NCBI GenBank assembly: GCA_002633005.1
Contig: NMRA01000070.1
Span: forward strand, 62,001-126,000
Direction: 5' to 3'
Length of the DNA stretch: 64,000 nucleotides
Source of the DNA: Phoronis australis
Taxonomy: Eukaryota > Animalia > Phoronida
Within the stretch, counting starts at the first letter, position 1, and every line of letters starts with the position of its first letter. This document shows positions 38,717 to 52,207 of this stretch, in pieces. A program made the translations under genes and the position numbers. The notes below the pieces were generated by a model. The model saw nothing but the letters and a program-made list of their open reading frames with translations, did not search any database and was not told the origin of the DNA.

Positions 38717-39304
38717 TATTAAGTTGAGTTATTGTACATGGTCCTTCGTTGTTAAATACAAGAATCCCCCCATCAGTAAATGGTTTTGTGTGGGCTGATC
38801 TCATGACAGGATTTACCGTTGCATGTCAGTTGCATGTATGTTTTAGGAGTCGGTTCAAAATTTAGATTTCTAGCACCAAACATCCAAAGTTCTCTTGCAC
38901 TGAGAAATCGGGATGTACTCTGTTGTATCATCAAACTTCGTCAAAGGCACGACTACTATTTGTTTGACAGCTTAATACAGACTTGCTCATAGTGTCTAAA
39001 CAATCGCCTTTCCTCAGGCTGTATCATCGCAAAAATCACAATTTGGCTTGAAAATATTGAGTGTAACCAACAGGTGACATTACAGTTGCATGTATGTTAT
39101 TTTTAGATATGTTCAAAATCAAAAAAGAATTCCAGTTATTAAACATAAAAATTTTTCTTGTATCAAAACTTTGTAGAGCGTACATTTAAAGATTTTCTAT
39201 GTTCTTTATAATCCTGGAAATCGTAATGGAAATATAGTTTGTGACCAATAGGTGAAATGCTCACCAGCCAATTCCATTCTGAAATAAAGCTGGGATGAGG
39301 GCAG

Positions 39305-39416
39305 TTTATTCAAGATTTGTGAACAGGCTTCTAATAATGAATTAATAAGTGGAAAACGAGCGATTTTTTCATAAACCGTTTCCTGTTTTTAATCAGTGTG
39401 CATATGTGGGTTTATT
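39305..39416 (-). terminator. Candidate polyadenylation signals for ANO10
   Basis: TTTATT (AATAAA on minus) at 39305-39310 and 39411-39416, downstream of the ANO10 stop. Confidence 0.3.
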
Positions 39417-41720
39417 GTTAAGATCGCACCATTAAATACAACTTGTCTAATATCCCAAAACAAAAGAACAAATCACTCGTAAATTTAAACTAAAGTGGGA
39501 GACTTCCACAAAGAGACTCTCAAAGCTGCCTTTCACCACTGCTGAGCTGTTGATGTTAAAATGTTGGTACGCTCAACCGATCTTGAATTGTTGCCGAGTG
39601 AGCGAGCAACTCAAGTTACACGCAATGCCTACATGTACCATTTTCAAATTCGAAATTTTAGAGTTGACAAACCCCAATAAACCCTGAAGCTGATGGTATT
39701 GATTTTCTTGCCGGTAACAGAAATAATACCCCATCACTGTATTTGATAAGGAATATAATTAGGTCAATTTTATGATAGAAAAGGGCCTAATTTGATTTCC
39801 AGTTTTTCACCAGCTAAACAGAGCAAAATGCAGCATACACAGTGTTATAACTTATATAATCGCCACTGTCCACATTGGAAGACGCAACTACTACTTCCCC
39901 AATCCTGGTTTTCAGTAGTCAGTGCCACTGAATTTGTACCATGTACAAAATGGATCATGACTTGCAACTGCACACCATGTCATAACCTTACCAACTGCAT
40001 GCAAAACAACCCTCACAGAGATGCAATCCGGCTGCAGTTGGAACTTTTGGAAGTGGTTTTATAATCTTCACGCTCTAATTATACCGTGGTGTGAGAACAG
40101 CTTCACGTGACGATCTGTATCCAATGTCTACAGAATTTGATATTGCCTCAGCAGCTATGTCTACAGCAACAGAATATTTTATCACCATAGTGACAAGAGT
40201 ACTCTACTGCGGAATTGTCCCAAACTTGAAACAACATCACCAATTTTTCCTGCATACGTATTACATTACAAGAGACAGGGATTAGTAACAGGTAAATTCT
40301 ACAAACAAATAATTTCAGAATCATCTTCTAAGTTGAGCATTTTATCACAGTAAAAATTCTTCAATTTGGGACGATAAATAACATAATTTCCATTTTTAAG
40401 GTTTTCTATATTGCTACCTATGCTCAACAATAAATGTTTGGTAACAACTTTGCAGTACAAACTAGGTGAATTTTCTACGAAGGTATTCTTTTGAGAAAAT
40501 TGACGGAATAAAATAATTTTTTTCATTTACCCACATATTTTTTATACCATTATTCATATCACCTTTAACTGTACCAAAAAGTAATTAATTGTGACACAAT
40601 GTTAAGATCACAGTGTTTGCTGTAAGTAACCATACTGCACGAGAAATAAGACACATTATCATATGATTTGGACAGATTATGTAGCTATATACAACCACTA
40701 GTGGTGTTGATAATTCACAATAGTGTCTGCTCATACCACCATATTGACCAGAGCTACGGTAACGAAATTTCAATACCTTCCTAAATGTGTGAAGCAACGG
40801 CAATCCCACTGTGATTTAATCCCGGACTCTTAATGTCACCACTTTATTGCTGCGCCACACCCACGTCACCGAAATTGAGTTTTTCATGTCTATATATTTC
40901 ATTGGGATTCTTACCTCACATTTGTTATTAAGTAACTGTAAAATATAAACCACTCTGTGGATCCAGACCTGCATCAAGGCAACACAATTCACAACATCAC
41001 AGTACTGCGCAACAAGTGTGTTTTCAAAGTCTAAAATGTTCATTAACTTTAACTACACATAATTTGCAATCGATTGGATAAAAACAAATTATGGTTGTCC
41101 GTTATTTTGTGTTAAATGACTGCTAACACGATGTTTTTCCAAAAATATAAACGATTATTTCTTTGTCCAATCTAAGCATTTGGAAGTTTTTTCAAAATCT
41201 CTCCACGACGTTTCGAGTAAAAAAATCACTGACTGGTCAAATGAGTAATCGACATGTGATCGAAATCCAAACAGAGCTTCCTTCCATGAATGACTTAAGA
41301 GAATATAATCGTACAAAAATACAATTATGGACTTTCTGCCGAGGTCATTATCACATTTTTATATTGACCTCGGTGAAAGCCATTAAGATTATTTATAGCA
41401 AAATATTATTATAACTTAGGAATGTTTCTATCCAAACCCAAAAAACTACTGATGTTGGCCTAAGGATATAAATACAACTAATATTTAATAAAAAATTAAC
41501 CCTGCATAACAAATTAATAACACAAATGTGCGTTAGTATTTTTAGTATGACTTTAGAATGGACATACATTCATTGTGAAAAGGACACACTGTACACTTTA
41601 ACCTCACACTTCGACCATATATGGTCTGTGATAGAAGTACTGTCCTTCAGGCCACGTGTGTCCAGGTCAAAGAAGACGAGGCAAGAGAGCATCACCCAAC
41701 CAGTGGTTCTACTTAATTCT

Positions 41721-41759
41721 TCATTGTTCTTTCTTGGTTTCAGAGCTTGTCACTTGTTG
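41721..41759 (-). CDS. ANO10: ANO10 terminal coding exon (QQVTSSETKKEQ*)
   Basis: Pyrimidine-rich TTCCTCCAG acceptor and in-frame TGA. The summed CDS is 1920 nt (639 aa). Confidence 0.65.
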   Translation of the reverse strand, partial: QQVTSSETKKEQ

Positions 41760-41831
41760 CTGGAGGAACAAAACGTGTTATACATCAAACTGACAAATGC
41801 TATGAGATTTTACTATTGTGATGTAAAAAAA

Positions 41832-42025
41832 TGTTGGAAAGACCAATACAGTTGTTGGACAGACCAACACATTTAACGGACAAATCAACACTGTTGTTGG
41901 ACCGACCAACACTTTTGTTGGACTGACCAAGACTGTTGTTGGATGGACCAATACTGTTGTTGGACAGACCAAAACTGTCGTTGGACTGACCAACCCTGTT
42001 GTTTGACTAACACAGTTGTTGGACT
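41832..42025. repeat. Degenerate 21-bp minisatellite (~9 copies) in the last ANO10 intron
   Basis: ctgttgttggac.gaccaa.a units, each containing an inverted ttgg/ccaa pair. Confidence 0.85.
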
Positions 42026-42527
42026 GCACAGGCAATGAATATGGATATGCATGATGGCAAAAAAATGTGGCAGCAGCGCTCTAATGCATCAATTGCATTG
42101 GAAGTGTGCAAGGTTAGACCCATTGCACAAAATGCCTGATTTGAAATTCATGAAAACCCTCTTCCAGAGAGGGGTTGCAGAAGTTCATAACCCTGTAGGC
42201 CGCATTCATCTGCTGTTGATGCTTGGTATTTGAACCAAGTTACTGTCCCCAGATAGCATCACTGCTTCTGTTTGTCTGGTAATTTCACTTAACCTTCTAC
42301 CCAGGAGGATTTGTGATTTCCCACAGCAAGTGCATGGTATGATAATCCATAGATATCAAGCTCAAATCCTGACTCAGGAACTCAATGATCAAATCTTTAC
42401 CCATAGCACCAACATCTACGGGACATTAAAAATCAACAAACACCATACCAGCCTTGAGACAAACTTTAGTTTGGAAAATATAAGCAAGAGCTTTCTTGCA
42501 AAATGCTGAAAATAGATGACAGTTCAC

Positions 42528-42644
42528 CTGTTTAATAAGAGCCTGTTTGGAGTCCCACTCCTTCTTATCAAGGGCAGTCTGCACCCACTTGGGGGTGTCA
42601 GGGATGAAATACTGGAGTGCGAGCTTGAGCGAGAAGATTAAGTG
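42528..42644 (-). CDS. ANO10: ANO10 coding exon 10
   Basis: HLIFSLKLALQYFIPDTPKWVQTALDKKEWDSKQALIKQ (IPDxP motif). Confidence 0.94.
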
Positions 42645-42948
42645 CTGAAATGTGAAAGAAGATGACACCAGACGATGAGGAATCAACGGTGACAGCAACT
42701 AGGCTCAATCAGTTTTTGCAATCTCTTGTACATTTTAGCACCCCTGTGAAAAATCCAATAAATTCCACCTGATAAGGACACACTGTAGCAAATTAAAATG
42801 CTAGATTTATAGGAACAACAGGTCAAATTAGAGTTGATCCTGACAACTGGAAAGAAACAAATTGAAATGTCAAATTCACCAAGTCATTGCTTCAAAACAG
42901 CCTGCATATTTCTGTGTGTAGTTGATGCGATGTAAGGACACTACCAAC

Positions 42949-43080
42949 CTCTGCTGTAATAAACACCAGACAGTACGAGGTGTCAGACATCTCTGGCAGA
43001 CTTCCCTGGACTTTGGGCGACATGGCTATCACTGCTGTATTGGTCATTACTCCAATGGCCACCACACCTTCGAAGGCCAG
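42949..43080 (-). CDS. ANO10: ANO10 coding exon 9
   Basis: LAFEGVVAIGVMTNTAVIAMSPKVQ..LVFITAE; CAG/GT boundaries. Confidence 0.94.
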
Positions 43081-43635
43081 CTGGACAAAAGAGAAAACCA
43101 AATGAACACACGGAGGTAAGACACGCTGTGAAGACTTCATTTAGCCTATGGACATCATCTGCTGGGTATATAATCACACTGTAATCATCCTATGGACATC
43201 ATCAAATTTTTTTCACAGGAAGTTGCAAATTCGACAAAAGCCTTTAAAGATAAATAGCACCAAATAAATGCTTTATAATTTCTAATAACCATGACTACCA
43301 ACACACAGAGATGAGGATATTATGGGCATTCACACCATTGTTAGAACTTTTTGAAAAATTAAAAAAATAAATGTTGGCAATTATTCTGGTCTGGAATTGA
43401 GAAAATTTTTTCTCCGCTGGTTTGAACAATTCAACTACCTTGGCAGTTTACATCGGCGCTTCTCTAATATCGTAGTTAGTATGGAAGGAACTTTAGTAAG
43501 AGTGCAGGGAGAGCTCAAGTTATATTGAACATGATTAAAAAGATCATTCAACTCTCCACAATAACTCCTTTTAGCCAGTGACTTCCAATTACCAGTAGCC
43601 ACAGTTACGGCTTGTTGGTCAGTCGACTGTCATAC

Positions 43636-43827
43636 CTGCCAAGCACCAATGTTTTCCACGGGCGTCGAGATTGGTCGACGATAGACATGACAGAAGCGGA
43701 AAGCGTCGAGTCGAATCTCCGTGATGTTGTTGATCAACGCGCACAGCGCAGCCAATGGGAAGACAGACGAGAATAAGAAGACGTAGCCATATTGGAGAAA
43801 CATCTCCAGATAGTCGTCATGGAGACC
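43636..43827 (-). CDS. ANO10: ANO10 coding exon 8 (Ca2+-binding helices)
   Basis: DDYLEMFLQYGYVFLFSSVFPLAALCALINNITEIRLDAFRFC..IGAWQ. Confidence 0.97.
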
Positions 43828-44157
43828 CTGCATGTTGAGAGATTAATATTAGAGACCATACATTGAATAATATCAATGTTTTACGAGCTCAGAAAAAAAA
43901 ACTTCTAACAAAACGAGAGAATGCATAAGCCATCAAAAATGAGATTTTAACTTTTCCTCAAGTGAAATTTTCTAACACTGTTAGCACAGGTGTATAATTG
44001 TTTATCATTTATTTATCAGTGTCATCACTCTAGCTATGAATTGGTGTTGCTCATACCTGGGCCCTTACCATTTAGCGCATGTCCCCATCCAGGTGAACGG
44101 CTCGCAGTTCTAACTTTACGCACATAACTAAAAGAAAACCTCATTCTCAGCAATTAC

Positions 44158-44349
44158 CTCAAACACCTCCATCATAGATTCCCAGCGAGCTCGTTTGAAA
44201 AGCTTTTCGTCTTCGTTCTCATTGTCATCAGACTTTCCCTTTATTTCCTTCTTCATTTTTCTCCCTCGGAAGTAGCGCATCAAATACGGCAATAATGTCT
44301 CAATGAATTGGTTCAGTATTTGTTGAGCAATTAACAAACCAAACAACGT
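44158..44349 (-). CDS. ANO10: ANO10 coding exon 7
   Basis: TLFGLLIAQQILNQFIETLLPY..ARWESMMEVFE; canonical splice sites. Confidence 0.94.
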
Positions 44350-44875
44350 CTGAAAACATCACGGGAATTTGAATTGACGGTGAATATCATTTACAAAGTA
44401 AACATTACAACATAACATTTTGCATCACAACTGTGAATTCTGTTTCCTTAAGATGAGAAAATTGTAGATAATGGTTATTCATAAGTTGATTATCATTATT
44501 CCTTAAGCCCGAGTGTGATGCAATCAAAATTTCATTGGCACATAGCTGCAGAGTCATTGGACGTTCTAGTGAGTCACAACATGGACACAGCTGCGGTGTG
44601 ATTGGACATTCTAGTTTGTGAGTCACAACATAATAAAACTTCACTAGACAATGGCCAGTGAATAAATTGCCAGATAGTTCAGGTATCCAGTTAAATATTC
44701 ATCAATTCCACCAATCGTTCTTGATAGAAAAATGATGTTTGTAGCATGAACACCCAAGTTATCAGAGATGAGAACACGATAATCACAATCCACATAGCCA
44801 GCAAAACAAATATGGCAGGAATTTTAGGGATGTAACTTGAAAGGAGAAATGAAAACGACTTTCAATACAACTTAC

Positions 44876-44950
44876 AGTTTTAAGCATTTCCATGTCTTGC
44901 AGCCAAAATGCAATGTAGAACAATGAAACAAAGGAGTTGATGAAATCAAA
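44876..44950 (-). CDS. ANO10: ANO10 coding exon 6
   Basis: FDFINSFVSLFYIAFWLQDMEMLKT; canonical splice sites. Confidence 0.95.
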
Positions 44951-46268
44951 CTGAAACAAATATGAAAACATTTTTAACCGTACAGTTTCAGAATACCAAA
45001 CAAAGGAAATTATTTTTATTTCCAAAAATCCTTTGCCAAATTACCAACATGAAGACAAGGGCCAATTCCAAGAAAACTGACTTTGTCAAGACAAATCTTG
45101 AAATTATATTCTACAAAAAAACTACGCAGCCACTCAATCACCACAGTCAAACACAGCGTAATGGCTGAAGTCCAGATGATGGTGAAGTTGGACTGTGATG
45201 AGAGAGCACTAGAACCCTAAGTCAGTGAGATGACGCCATAGCGTATTATTGATTGTTGTAAATTCTTCTCAATGACCTCGCTCACTATGCTTCCATTTTG
45301 GAGATACGAAGACGCGAAACAGTTATTTCAACTGTTTTAAAACAGTTACAATGGCCAGTTGCCTCTACTGATTCTTCTTCACACTTGCGCATATAATAGG
45401 TATGCACTGTTGATGACGGCATCGATGACAAGTCGTGTAGGTCTAGAATACATGTTTACCAGATGAGTACAGTTGCTTGTCGCAAGGCACCAATGATTCA
45501 CTGACCACTAATAGACCAGCAGAAAGACAGAGGGGTAACATTACCATGTTTCAAAACTATAAACATGATGAAATGGACAGCGTATGATTCATACCATGAA
45601 TCTGTTCCATGAAAACTGCCTTAACACATGGACAGAAATTTGATTTTTTTTCAAGAAATGACTGGAATAAATGTCACTGGAAAGTTCTTTTAATGACGAG
45701 TGTGGATTTGCCGGTACTTGGTTTCCATGCTTGTCCGCCAAAAACTCAGTAACACCGATTCTGGAAGAGAAAGTCTCCAAGTTTGGAGGTCAAATTAAAC
45801 CCCTTTGACTGCAGAAGACAAAATGGATGGCAACTTGTCAAGGGTTTCAAAAAGAACCATCACACGCTTGGTAGCTGCAATAAACGGTGTTGAATTACAT
45901 TTCTTCCATAAATATAGATGGCGGCCAACTTAAACATCCAGAGATTGGCTTGATGTTAGGACAAAAACTTAACTACGGCTAAGAGTTAAGATAATATGTG
46001 AAATGCAGAATAATTTTAAGTCTTGATTTAAGACCGAAAATAAACTTAAGTCAGTTTCTTGGAATGAGCCCCCAGCTTCAGCCACGTTCATTCCCTAAAT
46101 GCTTTTCAACTTGAACACAAGGTTGACTCAACTACAGTACCAAAGAACTTAAAGAAAACTATAGTTTCTAACAGCGGAACAAAACAAGATGGGTACGTTT
46201 CTATATCAAACAGTTCGCAGATAACACATTCAAATGGAACAAAATGCCGGAAGTAATGAACGACTTAC

Positions 46269-46891
46269 AAGCACGAGTTTTAACACAAAATGGCTCTCGT
46301 ACGCTGACTGTAGTCTGTGGTTCTCCCATTCATTGAGAACTTTGGCCAGCACACGATACCCCAGGTTCATAATTGCGATGACGAGTCCATACACGATAGA
46401 CGGCATATAAGTCATGACCTCTGTCCAAAATGATGGATGCTTCGTCCAGTAATTAATTGCTAATTGCTCCAACCAGAAGTACCACACCATCAACACGAAT
46501 GCAAACTGGAGCAGAAGCAAGATCAGTGGCAAGGAAACGCAGTAAAACTTGAGCGTACGTTTCCATTTTGGATATTTTGGTTCTGGTCGACCAGTCACCT
46601 CATTGACACCCATTTGGCCACGAAAACTTCCCCTGGCTTCCTCAAACTTTGTTGAATTTAATGTGCCCCACTTGTAAGCTGTCTCGCTTCCCTTACGCTT
46701 CCAGCCCTCGAGAATCAATGTCGACCACAACAGATTGAACACGGCGAAGAGAATGTTCTTTGTGCCTTTGTCGATGGGTACAATGTAGTACAGTATACCG
46801 ATAATAGATGGCGGCACCAGCGCAAACGTGTAGAAGCTGAGGAAGGCAAAGTACATGGCAATGGACTCGCCAAAATATTCACGAATCCGGT
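46269..46891 (-). CDS. ANO10: ANO10 coding exon 5
   Basis: DRIREYFGESIAMYFAFL..EGWKRK..WENHRLQSAYESHFVLKLVL: anoctamin signature motifs and hydrophobic helices. Confidence 0.97.
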
Positions 46892-47511
46892 CTGAAATCA
46901 GAATGTGAAATAAGAGGTAGGTCAAACAAACAAACAAAAACGGTGCTCTATGGGACTTTAAACCGAAATTGAGCGTGCATACATACTGTTGTTCTGTAGA
47001 ACACACTGCTTCAGTACACATAAACCATTTTCACAGCACCCCCATGACAGGCTAATCTGAGAACAGACATCAATAATACTCAGATCCGTCAGGTTTCAAA
47101 AATTTGATATTGTTGAGCTTCCTTCAGTGTCTTTGGTTTTAGCTTGGAAGAAAATGGATATTTAACCATCAATTCCTTTTTTTGTTCAAAAAGTGTTTTT
47201 CCCAGTTCATTCCCGAGACACTCCGTATTCTCTTTACTACCCCCCTCTATTGTGAACCAATGGTTGACAGTATCTGAACTACAACAATCCTTTTTTCGTG
47301 AGATAAAAAAGTAACATAACTGCTTCATTGTCCCGCTACTGTGTTTTAACATTACCTTACTGCAAATTATAGAAATTACATTATACATTGTTTTTATGAC
47401 ATCAACACAGTACAAATCAACCTAATAATGAAAAAATATTTTCTTGATCTCTGTTTTGTCGTGTTCAATAGGTAATGAATTAGGTAGTTAATGTTATCCC
47501 AACTGTTTGAC

Positions 47512-47628
47512 CTAGTGGCTGAGGCTCCCACGGTCTTCTGATCCAAGCTTTACTCAATGCCTTTCTCTCGTCGCGGTCATGAAGTGGAAATATGTCTGTG
47601 ATGAAGCCATGCCGCAGGCAGTAATTGA
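47512..47628 (-). CDS. ANO10: ANO10 coding exon 4
   Basis: VNYCLRHGFITDIFPLHDRDERKALSKAWIRRPWEPQPL with the anoctamin FPLHD and QPL motifs; weak GTCAAA donor. Confidence 0.92.
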
Positions 47629-49364
47629 CTGGAAAAAAGTTGGAAATTGTTTAAAATCCACATGCTGAATGTCAAAACTAAGAACTAAATAAACTGGCAA
47701 AAACCAGTTAATTTTCAAAGCCCACAACAGCGAATCTAAAATCACAGGTTTTTGTAAATGTGGAACATGTAAAACAATTTAACAAATGATCAAGGCATTA
47801 ATCGGAGTCCACATTAGGATTACAGTACTAACAACTTTACACCACTAAGTCAGTTAAATGTCTAAGGCGCTTAAAGACTCTGGATGCCCACTGAATACCC
47901 ATAAATGGCTAACCATACTAGGGCGCCATCTACTGGCAAAATCAAGAAAATGATCACAATGGAACTACTGATAAAAACTCTGTTACATGCAGCAAGTTCC
48001 TGCAGATTTCATAGAGGGGGAAAACCACATGCTTCCCATGATTTGAGCTTAACCATGTGCAATCAGACTTGGTGGGAGATAAGTCAGATTTGATTGTCTT
48101 CCTTGTAGTGTCAGCTTCACATGACACAATCTTTTATCTCCCTCTCACATCCTGTTCAAACAAGCAGCAGATGGGGATAAAGGATTACATAATCTAATTC
48201 TCAGGGGTGAGCATAAACAAGGATAACCATTTATCACAAGTGAGCATCTAAACTGACAAGAGAAAGTATTTAAAATAAACAAACACAAAGTCTCAAAAAT
48301 AGCAAGCGATCATTGTTCCCAATTCCAGAAAAGCACGTCAGTCTTTATAACAGTAGAATAGAGTGAAAATAAATCAAGACATAAAAAGACAGAATGAATC
48401 AACAGTTGGGGTAGTAGATACAGACATTCAATAGGTTTTATCTTAGTATTTTAAAAGAACTCTCCAGGTAAGAGCTAAGTTCTTTTTAGATCTGGTCTTT
48501 TTAAAAGATAAAAGCAGACACTTAGCAACAAACTTCCCATGCACCAGAAAAACTGCTCGAGCACCCAGACATGGTTTTTCACCGTCTTTACCCTCAGTGG
48601 TCATACCACCAGCTGTGCAGGCTGCAATTAGGAGCTAAAGCAACCAACCACAAAGCCAGGGTGTGGGAACATGATTCAGTTAATAAAAAATCAAAACATC
48701 CAAAAAGTGATGCCCAAGGTAAACCCTGATCACCCCTTTAAATGGACTTGTCTCAAATTAGTGACAACACACCAAACACCAGTGATAAAGTTATGTAACA
48801 TAAACTATTTCAATCTGAGAACACAAACAGTTCTATTAAATTAGCTGGCAGTTTCCCCCAGGCCAAACAAAGTAGTTGGTTTAACACTTCTTTTCCTTTC
48901 CAGGCAGACACAGCAGGAGAATAACCATCCAATGGGATGGGATTTTGTTAAGCAGTAGGGTAATGAAACTGTTGCACTCCCACTGTGTGTGACTGTCTAG
49001 AGTGGTACTATTGAAGAATCTGACTGCAGCTGTTTATGGCCTTAACTCCACTGCATCCTTTATGACCCCAAGGCACCTAGCCTTTTGTTTGTTACTGCAC
49101 CCTAATCCATTGTGTTTTAGGTAACTCAAAAGAAGTGTATGGTAGATAAAGGGGGAATCTTGCAGGCTTTTCAGCACCACCTACTGTCTGGAGAGACTAC
49201 TAAACAAGACAAAGATATAATGAGTACATATTTTTTTAACCATCATGCTGTCAAACTGCCACAGTGGTGTAGTTGGATACTCAAACAATTATTACAAAAC
49301 TAATCAACACATTCCGCTACCAGTCCTCATAGGGAATCATTCTCAAATGTGCCACATCATAAAT

Positions 49365-49760
49365 GTCGCTTTCCTATTAGGGGACATCGGTTTACCGAAG
49401 CTTCGCCGAAACTTCACTTACCTTTCCAACTAGACAGCGATATCAAAGTTATCGCTAATATACCAGACGACATAGTTCATTCGTACTCTCAAAAACGAAT
49501 ATTGAGTAGTGTGTTCGAAGCTAACTGAAAATTGCTTTCCTGCCATTTGCAGTGTTTATGAAAATGATCAGTGTCGTTCTTCATCAGATATGCTTTCTTT
49601 TATTTATTTACGAGTGTCTATTGAGACGGAAAACGTCAGCTACGCCACAATAACAATAACAAAGAACACGTTCTGCGAGTCTCACGTGATCGTATAATGT
49701 TGGCGTAATATCTATGTCGGGGAAGGTGAGAGATACCTACCAAGAAAGCACTCATTACTA
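49365..49760. mobile_element. MITE family A, copy 3 (opposite orientation)
   Basis: cggtttaccgaagcttcgccgaaacttc..ctagacagcgatatc is the near reverse complement of ~9420-9490. Confidence 0.7.
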
Positions 49761-50126
49761 CTTTAAAATTTTTAAAATATATATATATATATACTGTGCA
49801 TTCAAATTCAACTACGTGGTTGCAGTTGATAGGTGGACAAACTAAAGAATTTTGGATACAAGTAATTGCTAAAATTGAACTTTCTCCATTTTTCAAAGGT
49901 TCCTGTTGTTGTCAAGGCCCACAATTTCTGAATACACCGTCTGACAGTAGCTAAGTTACATAACTTAAAAATAATAAAATATTTATATGATCTTATCAAT
50001 ATTTTATGAACAAATGAACAAAATAAATTTTCAATTGTCTGCCATATTGTCTTCTTAATTAACGAAATATTATGATATAACTTAGCCACATATATTTGCA
50101 TGGATCACTGTCATCACAATTCTCAC

Positions 50127-50261
50127 CTATAGACTCTCCCACATGTACTTGTTTAGTGGCTCCTGGAACATTGCTGTCCGACTGCAGCGCCCTCATGTTG
50201 TCTAAAATATGCATTAAGCACCTTTCCTTCTCTGACATCAGCAACATGGTGGCCAGATCAT
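50127..50261 (-). CDS. ANO10: ANO10 coding exon 3
   Basis: DDLATMLLMSEKERCLMHILDNMRALQSDSNVPG..VGESI; CAG/GTGAG boundaries. Confidence 0.9.
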
Positions 50262-50769
50262 CTGAGAAACAGACATTAAAACCGAATTGGCTACACAAGG
50301 AATTGATCAGTTGAAGATTTTTACAGTTACTACACTTAAATGTTATCATTGTCCACATGGAGATTAATGGAGATATGGGCACATGACTTATGAGTTGCAT
50401 TTACAAATTACATTCCCACACTAAATGCAAGAAACCTAATCTGTCGGAAATAACTTCAGGGGCATTACTTTCCATCTAAGAGTTTCACACCCGGGCATGT
50501 CTTTATGAATAGACTTGACTTGCTGCTAGGCTGGGGAATTCCTAGACCACACTGGGTAATGCACCTCGCCTAGCCTAGTCTTGGTGAAGCAAGATCTATA
50601 AACGCTATTCCCATGTCTAATCCAACTTGTCAAAAACCAAACACGTGCATGGCACATATTTTGCTAATTTTTGATACTATCTGTCAACACCAATTAAGTG
50701 AGGACTGTACACTTCACTGAAGAACTTAAGCAAATAAAATTAGAGTGCACTTCCAAACTTTTTACTTAC

Positions 50770-50905
50770 CAGATCCCTTAAAATTCCCAACATCTTCAAG
50801 CACAATTTCCCTGAGTGACCCATCTTTGTAAGTTTTCTTTAACTCCATTACTTCAGCAGACTGTAGCAGACGATGATTGTCTGCCCCCAGAAAAACTGTA
50901 AACAT
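50770..50905 (-). CDS. ANO10: ANO10 coding exon 2
   Basis: MFTVFLGADNHRLLQSAEVMELKKTYKDGSLREIVLEDVGNFKGS; AG/GTAAGT boundaries. Confidence 0.9.
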
Positions 50906-51805
50906 CTACAACAGCAAAAAGAAATTCAAGAAATTCAATGACAATATATAACTGGAATACTCCTGTGCAACATTTAGCAGAGTGCAGCTGGTTAAGTGCT
51001 CTTCAAAACTCAAACATGAAATTTCAGAGTGACTATGAAGTCACTTCCTACCAAATCAACATCAGTCGACCATAAACACGATACTGAGCATTACACCAAA
51101 CTCAAGATTTGAATATTTGCATCTCCTAAATCCCTAATAGAATCTCGCTGAAATTAAGCAAAAGTGCTCCTGTGAAACGTAATGATAGATGTCGAGGACA
51201 TTTAGACATACTCGACTACCACTGTGCCCCCTAGTGGCAATTTAAGCATTTTACATTTGCCTGTGTATCTTACTTAAATGTAGTATTTAGAAATTCGTTA
51301 ACGAGGTTCCTTTCTTTTGTGTAAAATAAGTGAACAACTACCAAAACTTCAATGTTGACACAGTTTCTGAGAATGCCGTATAAAAACAAGTTGACACAGA
51401 TCAACTTGTGCCTTTCAACTAATGCTGTGTCAACTCGTGCCAAGTCAACTCGTGCTGTGTCAACTCGTTCCGCATCAAGAGTTACCCTGTAGAAGCAACA
51501 AATGATTTGTACATTTCAGTCCACAGCAAGACTTTGGAAATTAATGTATAGGCTTTAGGGAACATGCAGTGGTCTATCAAACAAAACAAAAATCCATGCT
51601 GTCTGAAAAATACCTACCAGTAGGCAGTTTTCAAGGGGGCCGGATGACCCCAATGAACATGACCACAAAAAGTGCCATTTTTATGTCTTATTCGGACATT
51701 TTCCTCCAAAAATTGGTTTTTACCCATTTACAAAATCCTAAATTCACTAACGCTCAGGTATCAAGGTACTGACAACAGCCATATTCAAATTAAAGTAATC
51801 TTTAC

Positions 51806-51967
51806 CTGATCTTGATCAATATGAGTCTTCACCTTCAGCTCGGCTCCACCAGCTCTGTGCTGTAGTTTAAGTCTGTCCACCACCCAGTTTCTGGTTTCCT
51901 CTGGCGTATCTTTGGAGAACTCCAGAACACAAAGCGCCTCGAAAGGCTCACTACTCACGTTAGTCAT
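51806..51967 (-). CDS. ANO10: Anoctamin-10 (TMEM16K), coding exon 1
   Basis: MTNVSSEPFEALCVLEFSKDTPEETRNWVVDRLK..GGAEL (cf. human PLVVIELAQDVKEETKEWL..GGAQL). CAG|GTAAA donor. An upstream acceptor at 51980 implies a 5' UTR exon. Confidence 0.9.
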
Positions 51968-52166
51968 GGCCTTGGATGTCTATAACATAAAATAGCGTAG
52001 TTTAAGGCAGAATATAATTTTTGTCAATAATTCAAGGTGCAGACAGAATATTTGAGGACAGGGGTGATTACCAACACATTTCTTGACAAGTTATCTCCTT
52101 CTGAACATGCACGGCAGTTGAGTATACATTGGGTATGCCCCAGCGCTGGGTTATCATAACTATACA

Positions 52167-52207
52167 GGATCCTGATGACGTCTAATGAAAAGACGAAACG
52201 TTGAATT
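52167..52207 (+). ncRNA. Minimal type I hammerhead ribozyme motif (Penelope-like)
   Basis: CTGATGA-c-GTCT-aatgaaa-AGAC-GAAAC-GTT with a perfect stem II and palindromic AACGTT stem III; stem I is imperfect (GGATC/GAATT). Confidence 0.55.

Noticed and set aside
41778-42035. PTTVLV-repeat ORF
   Set aside because: Translation of an intronic 21-bp minisatellite.
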